64,000 nt of DNA from Paraspadella gotoi (Eukaryota; Animalia; Chaetognatha), in NCBI GenBank assembly GCA_051294375.1, contig CM119267.1, positions 13,631,326 to 13,695,325 on the forward strand. The letters run 5' to 3'. The notes beneath the pieces were generated by a model. The model had not been told where the DNA came from, searched no databases, and saw only the letters and a program-made list of their open reading frames with translations. Positions 12,395-24,100 of the stretch are shown piece by piece. The translations under genes were made by a program, and so were the position numbers. Numbering within the stretch: the stretch's first letter is position 1; each line of letters opens with the position of its first letter.

Positions 12395-15139
12395 AATCAT
12401 TCGTTTTTTTCCCCGGATTTTTTCATTAATTTTCTTTGATAGCTGGCTGGCTCGATCAATAATGCTTTTAAGATTGTTTCATAATGGTAAAAAGCGGCTT
12501 TGCAATGGTTTAATGATAATATGCGCGACTGCGATGATTAGACGGATATGCTCACAGCATATTCTGGCTCTATAATTCACTTAGTCAGTCCGTCCCCCCA
12601 ATCTTGTCGGGCATTCACTTATGTCAGAACATCGAATTATGATAAATTATGCAAAAAAAATTATGTATGTCCGTTCGTCAGTCTGTCAGTCCATCCCACC
12701 TTAGCAAAAAACACCAATTACTCGTGACTTGACGGATGGATTGGTATGAAATTTTGTGTGTGGGTAGTAAAGTGTGTGATTGAGCTGGAAATCAAGTATT
12801 TTTAGTTTGAAATTCCTTCACACATCCTAATACGGCATTTTTAAAAAAAATAAGCATATTTTAATTTAATTTGTTTGATAGACGAACTTAAATACACAGC
12901 TTGATAAAAAACAAATTAACATTTACTTATATTGTGCATTTATTTGAATTACAGTAAATACAGTTATTAGATACAAAATCATATGTATTCATCTATATAC
13001 TAATAATTCCAGATACATAAAATAATTATGCAAGCCATAGGGATTACATCAATTCCCTTTGATTCCTAATATCAATATATATTTAAACTGTTTCCAATAT
13101 TTTGACGGCACAAGTAAAACTAAAACTAGATTTAAAATATGCAGATCAATACAATTTCAAATCTGAATAGCACATAATGGCCTCCTGCAGACAAACGGAA
13201 TATTTTTAGCTTGACTGGGCAATAAGGCGTAGTAAAATATCTAAATTTAATTTTAACTTTAATTAAAATTATAAAAGTAATAAACAAACAACATTATATT
13301 AATGAACATTTCTGTATAAAAAAAATTATTATAAATTTTACAATTTACGCATTAGGCCATATTTATACATAATATTAATAAAATATTAAAATTTCAAAAG
13401 TTTTTTTTTATAATTTTTTGCAGATTTGGATTTGTTATAAAAAGTTGATAGAAAGAAATATAACTCTTTTTTAAAAATTATTTCATTAAGTGGGTTAAAA
13501 ATCAGAAAAAAACTATATTTTAAGCTGAAAATTAACTTTTTATATTTTAAATATAGTTTTTCTAATTTTTAACCTACTTAATGATAGAATTTTTAAAAAT
13601 AAGTTCTATTTTTCGATTTTATAAGGATAATACATAATATATATATATAAATAAAAATAAATAGCCTAATGCGAAAATTAAAAAACAATTTTTTTTTACA
13701 AATTAATGTTCACCGATGGTATTTTGTTCATAATTGACTTTTAAAATTTTGTACATAACTTTCACTACGCTCTAGTGGGCAATGTTAGTCGCTTGCTATA
13801 AAAAATGGCAAAATAAGAGGATAGGTTAAAAAGTTAATGAGTAATCATATTTTATTGATCTTTAAGTTATGCCATTATTTTTGAATTTTACATTAAAAGT
13901 ATTCAAATATATATTTTTAACCAAAAATAGCTTAGAGCAAAACATTTAAAAAATATATGTTTTTCAAATTTTTTTTGTTAATTTAGTCATGATTGATGAA
14001 CCCTAAACAAAAAAAACCTTTACTTTTTAGTATAATTTCACTTTGAAAAAAAAATTATCACGCTCTGTTAAATCGTAAAATAAATTAATCATAAAATGAT
14101 TAGAATTAAAGATCTGATATTAAATAGTTTTATATATTTTAAAAATCCTATGACTTATTGCTAGATACTGCCTCGTAAGTACGCCACCGTTAACCAATAA
14201 CCATGTTACATTTACATTTACTAAACTTGTTACTTCATTTTGCAATGCTGAGTTGTTTAATAGGTGTTAAAATATCTTAAAGTATAGTGATCCCGCCTAA
14301 GAAAATTAATGAAAAAATCCGGTAAAAAACGAATGATTGATGCAATAACAAATAATTGACGTAATAGTAATTGATTTATTGAAGTAATAGTAATTAATTG
14401 ATTGATGTAATAGTAATTGATCGATTGATGTAATAATAATTGATTGATTAATGTAATAATAATTGATTGATTAATGATTAACGTCCGCAACAAACTAAGT
14501 ACCAGAGGTCGGTGATTGGTTAATCCATTTAATTTTATTTTCCCTCTTGCGTCGAATCTCAGTTTGCATAGTAATATAAAATTTTTAAAATTTTATAATA
14601 AATAATAATTGTTTTAAATTTATTTTAATTGATATTTTTAGGTTTGAGGTAGAAAATGAATTGTTTGTTGATGTACAACGAGTTTTATTAAGAAACATAA
14701 ATTTCGGACTTTAATTTAAGCCTTCTGCGCAAAAACGAATTGACTTGTGAAACAAATATTTTACAGACTCTCTCTTCAAACTTTGTAAACATATTTGTTT
14801 CACAAATCAATTCGTTTTTGCGCTTATGAAGGCTTACATTGAATCCGGAATGTCTGAAATTTATATTTCTTAATAAAACTCGTTGTACATAAACAATTCA
14901 TTTTCGTTCATTTTTGTTATATTTTTTAAACGGTAAGCAATTGGGTTAGGGGTGGTTTGGGTTAGGGATTAAGGGTAGTTAAAGTTAGGGAAAGTTTTGA
15001 AATAAAATTTGTGATATGAAGATTTGTTACCCTTACCAGTGTCATTTATTTTTGCATAACAAGATTTCTATACGTCGCTCATAAAAAGCGAAAAACAAAT
15101 AACGATCGCAAAATCCCGGTCGGCGAATGTAAAAATAAG

Positions 15140-15625
15140 CCAATGTAATAATAATTGATTGATTGATGTAATAGTAAATGATTGATTGATGTAATAGTAA
15201 ATGATTGATTGATGTAATAGTAAATGATTGATTGATGTAATAGTAATTGATTGATTGATGTAATAGTAATTGATTGATGTAATAGTAATTGATTGATGTA
15301 ATAGTAATTGATTGATGTAATAGTAATTGATTATTGATGCAATGATAATCATTCATTGATGCGATGATAATTATTCAATATTCATTGATGCGATGGTAAA
15401 CATTCATTGATGCGATGGTAACATTCCATTGATGGCGATGGTAAACATTCATTGATGCGATGGTAAACATTTCATTGATGCGATGATAATCATTCATTGA
15501 TGCGATGATAATCAATTCATTGATGCGATGATAATCATTCATTGATGCGATGATAATCATTCATTGATGCGATGATAATCATATTGACTCGCATATAATC
15601 ATTCATTGACCGCGATGATAGTCAT
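15140..15625. repeat. 18-22-bp minisatellite (gatgtaatagtaattgatt / gatgcgatgataatcattcatt)
   Basis: Visible tandem units; same family at 12000-12155, 14330-14480, 40540-40885, 51850-52195, 54790-55110. Confidence 0.9.
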
Positions 15626-15857
15626 TTATCGTAACAAAACAACATGCATGTATGAGTGAGAGAGAGGGAGAGAGAGAGAAGAGAAAAAAAAATAGAGAAA
15701 AGCTGGACAGCCGCTGCAGAGCGAACTCGTTTTGAGACGAATCAGAAGAGCTGCGAGCCTGCGACGGAAAAAAGAGCGACACATAATTAAAAGAAAAAAA
15801 GAGAAATCAAAGCTGGAGTCGCTGGACAGCCGTTGCAGAGCTGAACTTGTCTATATA

Positions 15858-16544
15858 CAGAAGGCTTCAGAACACGTTCCAAGAAAACTACAGAACAGAA
15901 TTTAATGAAATTTTGCATGCGGAGTACCAGTGGTGATACAAATGGAACTATCGAGGCGAATTATTAAGACATTCAACCCCTAAGCTGAGATAAGAGGCCC
16001 TGAGGGGGCAGCCCCTGAGGGCCACAAATGGTTAAAAAAATTTTTTTATTATTTTTGTTTTAAACAGTTGCAGAGACGTTTACTCTTCCACAACGTATTT
16101 ATTACCTCAAAAATATTCATTTACCATAATTTTTAGCTTCATGAACATCAGCAGTTAAAGTCAGATTTGGAATAATTTGAGAAAATTGGAAGTAAAACGA
16201 TGAACCATGCATCTTCATTCTTCAACCATGCTTAATTATTGCAAATTTATCAATTTTAGTTCTAAAATGTTTTTTTCTTATGTTTAAAACGTCAATGAAC
16301 CTGATGCTACTAAAAAAAATTGGAAAAAAAATTTTTTTAGCATTTTTTGGCCCCCATGGGTCCACCCCCAGGGCCCTGTATCTCTTGTCAGGGGTTGAAT
16401 ATCAAAATTCGCCTCAATAGTTCCATTTATATAGTCATTAGCACTCTAAATGTAAAATTTCATTAAATTCGATTGGGTAGTTTGGTGGCAACAGATTCTG
16501 GCCACAAAAAAGGGGTACTACATTTTATAATAGGAAGCCTTCTG
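15858..16544. mobile_element. MITE with TA target duplication (Tc1/mariner-type)
   Basis: TA|cagaaggcttc...gaagccttctg|TA plus long subterminal inverted arms; related copy starts at ~37044. Confidence 0.7.
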
Positions 16545-18184
16545 TATATAAAATTTTTTGTAAATAAAACAAACAAATGAGTGTAGGAATATGAATCGTG
16601 TGAATCTAAAAGATCTTGCTGATTAGAAGCTATATCTAAATTTTTAGCTTCCTATGGTTACACACTCGAGCCATTTCCAATGGTAAAACAGCATGACGAC
16701 GTCGACGACAACTACGGTCAAAGAAGCAGAAACGAATTAAAATCTCGCCCAAGTCGGGCTTTCGCCCGTCTGGCGAGATAAAAATTGTGATATGACTGCA
16801 GAACCAACAATTTTCAAAAGCTTGAAAACTAATGACACAAATTAGAATATAAGAAATGTTACGTTGTTTCCTTCCAACGAATGAAATTTCTTTAAATTCA
16901 TTTTCTTATCACTTGAGTACAGAAGTATGAAATGTATGCACACAATCGTCTCAAGGCATATATCCTGCCTTCCAAATACAATTAACCGTTATTGGTCAGT
17001 ATTACAAGAGTTATTTGCATAGTTTTCTGATCATATCACTGATCATGTGACAACCCAAGTCAGAAACATATTCGTAACGAGGGTCTCATGGTACAGCTCA
17101 TATACCTATATGCCAACTATTAATCAAAATGACTATGTGCAAATAAATCGCGAAATACTTAACGGGGCTGTTAAAAATTATCTAAATTCTTCTATTTCAC
17201 GTAATAAAACGACATTCCTCATATTTTACTTTATGTAAATTGGTATAAACGAACTATTATTGGATGTATTAAGAGCTTCAATATCGAACTCAAACCCTAG
17301 GTGAGCCCGAACTTCAAACATTATTATTACCAAGTGCCAGTATTTTAAATATTTTACACTAATTTATATTTGCTTTAAAATTGGTAGACTTATTAGAAGT
17401 AGCCAATGTCAATGAGGTTGGGCTCAAGTTCTGTTTCAGAACAACCGAAAATTAAACTATTAATAATTTTCGAACTTTTAATTGGCAAAAGTTCTAAAAT
17501 TTGCCTCAATAACTAAAATAATAGTTCATTTAATATTTCGTGTTTAAAAAGAATTTTCGTTGTTGTTAACTTGTCAAGTCAAAATTATTTGACGTTCGAA
17601 AAATAAAAGCGCAAAAATCATTGCATGTTGAATTGATGATCATTTAAAAAAATGTTTTTTGAGAAGACAGTATTTGGTAGATTGTTAAGTGTCATCTCAT
17701 GCACCGAATAGTTTGATATAGAAAAACATCGATTTGGGAAACAGTGCTAAATTTATTTAGACCATGCATTCAAATTCAAATTCATAACAGTATTTGGTAA
17801 GAATTTAAAACAGCACTTGTATCTCCTACCAAAAACCATCTTATCTTAATATGTAAAATGTAACGTTTTACCATTCTGCATTCAAAAAATTAATGAAAAA
17901 ATTATTAGAAAACAAATTAAAATAGTAGTATTGCCAACCAAAACTTCTTAAAGAAATGTTTCAACTCAATTTCTCAATATAATAATATAATATATAAATA
18001 ATATAATTTTAAAACACGCCTCATTGACATTACCTACAGCTTACAGAGCTCTTTCCAAATGTTGAGAAAATGAGACAAAGTTCGGGACTATAATCCGGAA
18101 AAGAAATATTGGATAGTTTAAATGGAGCATGAAGAGAAAAACATTTCTGACGCTTTCGTACACGGACATTTCTGGTCATTTTTT

Positions 18185-21100
18185 TTAAAATGGATTGTTG
18201 GTGTTTCGTTGCAAGGCGGGAACCGGATCTTGGAATCCCCACGACTGCTGAGACGGGGCCGTCGTATTCGGAGGGTTCGAGGCACCAAAGGAGCCAAACT
18301 GATTGGCCGGCGACAGGACGGGGCTGTGAGAAGCCACAGGGGGAGCGGCCCCAAAAGGACCAAGACTGGCAGGTTGCAGCTGGGCGCCGTTGTCGAATGG
18401 ATTAAAATTAGACTGCAATGACAAAAATTGTATAACAAAAAATACGTACAATAAATCACTAGTCAAAAATTATGAAATCTACGATTCACCTGCGGTTGAC
18501 TGAAAATTCCAGAGACTGCTGGGGTGGGCGCAGCGAAGCTCAAATTAGGACTAGGACCCCCAGCGGCTGGAGCCCACCCGGAAGCTAGAGGGGCCGCTGT
18601 AGCCGCAGAGGATATTGGTCCCATAGGGCTCCAATCTGCACCTCCGGTACGCTTTGAAATGGGACTTCGATTGAAATCTCTTTTTGTAGTTGAAGCCCCT
18701 GTTCGGAAAAGATTAAAAAATTATAATTAGAAATTTTAAATTAAAGATTACAGAGAAAAGATGGCATAGCGACTCCCCCCCCTCTCCAAGACAGTGTTCC
18801 AATACCAGGTCCCGTTCCGTAGCTGCTAGAGGGGGTTAAAGAAGTTACGGATAGTCTTTTTCAGCTCCCTTAGCGCCTTATCCACTCTCCACAAAGCATT
18901 AATAAAAAGTAAGAAACAAATTTCTAATAGGACTTGCAATAAAAGCCATATAAGTCACAGAAAAATCGTGGGTCATCCAACTTCTGACCGAACTAATGAA
19001 CCGCTTTGAATTAATTATTGAAGAGACAGTAATTATTGTTGTGTTAGTGACAGAACCATTCAATATAAGCTTATTAAGCAATCCCTGAGCTTCGGCTCAG
19101 GCTGTAACACCGTGTTACAGGCGGGTTAAGCGACCCGTCCCTCTTAACTGCTAGGCGACCACCGGGCTAGAACCTCCGGCACCAATGGCCGCTGATGGTT
19201 GGTGGATTTTAGTCCACCATATTATATTATTATGAAATTGGTACAACCAATATATAATATATACAATAATATATATTAGACACTTTTTTGACTACCTTTG
19301 AAGCTACAGATCATAACTGACTACCATTCTATTTGTTTTTTTCTGCTCTATATATGAGACTTTTGATATACTTTTAAAAATTATTGGCTCTTCCCAGTAG
19401 CGTCAAAGTGCCACGAGCGTTAAAGTTCTAATTTTTTTCATTTTTATTAATTTTATTTGTTTCATTTTTAGTAGGGAAGTCTGGTGATTTTTTATTTTTA
19501 TTAAGAAAATTTCTGCCAGGCCTCGTAGACACAGCTAAATCTTATATTTACATTTGTAATAATTGGGACTAATAAATTTTGATATATTCTGTCTATAACT
19601 ACTCAATGTTGATCTTCAGTATCATAAATATTGACGAAAATATTTTTTTTTCAAATTAATTTATTTTAAATTTTTTTGTCAGATGAATTTTTTTCATTAA
19701 TTCAAATAAATATACAGCGGTCATGCACTGATTCCAATTCTGTTGGGTTTAGCCTATCTTTCAAGCACATAACGAAAAAAACTTGTCATAGTAAGAAATA
19801 AAAGCATTTATTCCAAATTTTTCCTCAAAATTTATCATCCTTTTTGTTTCTGACTGTTTTTGCCAAACATGCCCTTTAAAATTAGAAAAATAAAGATTAG
19901 CTAATGAAAGTCTCAGGTACATTTCGTTGCAGGAACAAAGAAAATTCATTGATATCATAGTCTCAATATGGAGCCTTGAAATACCTAATTTTCTTCGTAA
20001 TTTACACCTTGTATTATAATAAAAAATGAAAACAATAATTTAACCATACAGCTACATGCATTAGCGTGTTATTAAAAGATTGTAGTTGTTTTTTAATGAA
20101 TTTTTTTTATATTAATATAGCTAAAGGCATTATGCAATGGTTTTAATTTTCACCTGAAGATGACCACAATTTAAAAATCTGATAATACAGTGTTTTAGTC
20201 CTATGTTAATAGTTTTTAAATCAGGGGGAACAAAGTTTGAACTCATAAATTTTCATATTTAAATCATATGTTTTTTAGGTTGCTACATGATTTTTTACTT
20301 TTTTTTTTTTTCAACAGTAACGGAACATCTTGCTTTCAAGGCATATCGCGTCTATGCGCGTCTTCGTAGGTCAATTTTAAAAACAGATTTGGATTCCTCA
20401 AACGCATATTTACTAGTAACCTGACGACATCAAGTGACGGAAGTTTGGTTCTCTTATTATATCAAAATGGAAAATTAATTCTAATATTTTTAGTTAATAT
20501 CTATCGATTTCAATGAAAAAAAAGGCACTAGATATATTGCATGTGATTAAACAATGTTATCGCAATAATAATTTTATTAATTTTATATATTTTATAAGTA
20601 TTTTAAGTATTTTTATTCAGTGAGTAAAATAACTTTTTATTCGCTAATTTTTATCTCGGACGCTTATTTAATATAATGCCGTTTTCCAATAAAAAATGGC
20701 AGTAACTTCAAAAGTTCTTAATATATTTTGTATTTTGACAAACCGGAAGTGACGTCATTAACCCAAGTTGTAGTTCATTCAAATAGCGATGTCGCCGGCG
20801 ATTCACGCACGAGTCGCAGGTGTGGTTAATGACATCACTTCCAGTTTCTCTAAATACAAAATATAGTAAGAACTTTTGAAGTTATATAAATTTAAGTTTT
20901 GAAAACCTAAAATAATTTTTGATTATTTTGGAAGGCCAAGACGATGCAGTTCTACTTTTCGAAGAAAAACATGGTGCTGCTTTTTTGTGAAGATTCATCA
21001 GGGAACTTTTTCATTTGAATATTTATTATTTGATTGTGTTAATTTCCTTTCGTTTCGTTGTTTTTTGTAGATTTAGAGAAAAACAAAGTTTATTGGTTTA

Positions 21101-24100
21101 TTTTCAACAATTTTTATTTTTACATAGGGACATAGCTGATGAAGGCTTATACATAAAGCCGAAATGTAAAAATAAAAATCGTTGTAAATAAACAAACTTT
21201 GTTTTTCTCTAAATTATTATTTGATAAAACATTTTGTTATATATCTATTCTTTTTAATTAATTATTATTAATTGATCAATATTTATTATTCATTACTTTT
21301 CCTTTTCCGTTATCATGTGTTATTAATAAAGTCTGTGGTTCTTGATCATTGTTAAATTAAAATTAGGTTGCAAAGGAGTTTGTATCTGCATAAACAATAC
21401 CTATTACCCTATAAATACATAAAAATAATTTAAATAGGATCTTTTAAGATATTGAAGAGACAGTGATAATTGATAAAAAAGTTGTTTTTAAATGGAAAAA
21501 CAGAAAAAAACCCGTTTTTTCCCCAAATATAGAAGCCCAGGTTAATTCCCCCCCCCACGCCTGGGAGCTCGATCAGGCTGTAACACGTGTTACAGGCGGG
21601 TTAAGCGCCCCGTCCCTCTTAACTGCCAGACGACCACCGGGCTAGAACCCCGGACCTTTGGATTGGGAGGCGAATGACTTGCCTCCGGCACCAATTGCCG
21701 CTGATGAACGGTTGGTGGATTTTAGTCCACCATACATCCCCCCTCCCGTAGGGAGAAGTCTGTTGCGTCTCTTCAGTGAATTGTTGTTGGGTGAAAGTTC
21801 GTCACCAAGTTGAGGCATGTCGCCTGATGTGTTGTGGGCGGAAAGTGCATCGCCAGGTTGAGGCATGTTGCCTGAAAGTGTTGTTGTTGCTGTTGTGTTC
21901 GGAAGTCGGGTTCACTGGCAATGAAGTCGCCTGAGCTTCGGATCAGGCTGTAACACCGTGTTACAGGCGGTTTAAGCGCCCCGTCCCTCTTAACTGCCAG
22001 ACGACCACCGGGCTAGAACCCCGGACCTTTGGGTTGGGAGGCGAATGACTTGCCTCCGGCACCAATGGCCGCTGATGGAACGGTTGGTGGATTTTAGTCC
22101 ACCATAATATTTTTGAAAAAAAAAGTCTTTTGATAACTTACGATTTGTAAAATTATGTTTTCCACTTATGCATGCAGACATAAAAATATCTTTTTAATAT
22201 AAAAACTCACTGACAATACAAAATTCTAGCAAGAAATGAACTGATTACATTAAAACAAGTTTGAGCAAACAATGCCGGATCTGCCCACGATCATTAGCGG
22301 TAATTAATTAATACAAACTATATAAACTAAAACAATAATTTAAATAATAAATTAATTTGATCCAAAATGTTTGTTTTTAGGTCTTTTCGACACTGACCAC
22401 GACAAAAGCAACGACAACGATGATGGCGATGACGACAATAATGCCGATAAAGATTGACTTGATTAAATAATTAATTTATTGATTAATTAACCGATTAATT
22501 ATTTGATTAATTAATAAATCTTATCTTGCATTTACATTTAATAGAAAAAAAAGAAGCATAATCAATTAGTGAAACAGGTTTTTTATTTTTTCCATTTAAA
22601 CTCATTTCCACTCAGACGATTTCATCGAAACTTGATTTCCAGCTTAATCACACACTTTCCTACCACATTCAAAATTTAAAGTCAATTGTAAGTAATTGTA
22701 ATTGGCGTTCAAATAGTGAAATATATTTTTTTTGTTTTTTCCATTTAAACTCATTTTCACTCGCACGATTCCATTAAAACTTTATATCCAACCCAATCAC
22801 ACACTTCTCTACCCACACACAAAATTTCATTCCAATCAATCCATCCAATCACGAGTAATTGGAGTTTTTTGCTAAGGTGGGACAGACAGACGGACATCGT
22901 TTTTTTGCATAATTTATCATAATTCGATATTCTGACATTATATATGTTAATGCCTGACAAGATTGAGGGGGCGGACCGACGGACCGACAAAGTGAATTAT
23001 AAAGTCGGGATCTGCTGAAAGACTAAAAATTAAATCTAACAAGAACTTGATCAAGAAACTACAGATATATTTTAATTTTGGCGCTCGTGGCGCTTTAGCG
23101 CTTCTGGGAAGGGCCAAAAATTTTAAAAAGTCAAATAAAAATAACTAGTTAGATAGAACAGAAAAGAATGCAGTCCAGAGTCCACTTATGATTTTTATCT
23201 GTAAGATAATCGTATTTAAATGTGTCTAATATATATACAATATCATATGGTCGTTATTGTTCAATGATAATTGTTCAAACTGGTTATCTGGTTACAGTCA
23301 AGAATCAGAAACGAGATGACCATAAACCCTGTGTCACAGGAAATCCATCAGCAAACCGAAAAGATTTCTTCGAAATCTAAATAACATATGATACACAATA
23401 CAAAATTTACCGGGGTTGATCTTTAAATTTCCTGCTAAATTTTTGAGGGAATCTTCAAGATTGTTTCCTTTAATGAGCTTTTCCGTCTTGATTTCATTGT
23501 TGTTGGGATTTTCAATAAAAGGATTTCCAACTGAGGAAGCGTTTGAGGCGGTACTGCCAACTGGAGCTGGTTGTAGTATTTCGCCAAAAGGGTCAAATGG
23601 CGCGCTCTACGAATAATATCAATAAGGAAATAATATGTTTAAAAAATCTTAAAGTATAAAAAAAAAAAGATTGATGCGAAATGAATTAATAGTAATAGTA
23701 ATTGATTATTGATGCGATGTTAACCAAATATTGATGCGATGTTAAACAAATATTGATGCTATGATAACCAAATAATAATAATAATAAATATATTATATTT
23801 TTTAAATTATATAATTTATATTTTGATTATATTTAATATTTATTATATATTATAATATATAATATATTTAAATAATAAAAAATATATTTATATAATTCAA
23901 ATTATTTTTAAAAATATTAAAATAATAAGCAAAACTTTTTTTATTTCTTGATCACATCCTTACTATTTGGTAATTTAACTGAATTATATTTAGCATTCTC
24001 ATTAAGGTGATTTTAGTTAAAACTCAGATTATGATTAGGGTTAAGGTTGAGGTAGATTAGGGTTAGATTAGGGTCGTGTTAGTTTGGTTTAGGGTCGAGT

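Noticed and set aside
15042-15560. Repetitive ORFs (INQLLLHQSI...)
   Set aside because: Translations of minisatellites.
21695-21735. CTGATGA on the plus strand of family 1 LTRs as a hammerhead
   Set aside because: No correctly placed GAAA or stem III follows, and family 2 does not conserve it.
21642-21866. ORFs in the TRIM interior (also 45050-45415)
   Set aside because: Frames are not conserved between copies; the internal peptide repeat reflects a ~42-bp DNA repeat.
22001-22072. Functional tRNA gene
   Set aside because: Anticodon stem unpaired, T-loop non-canonical, embedded in a repeated LTR.
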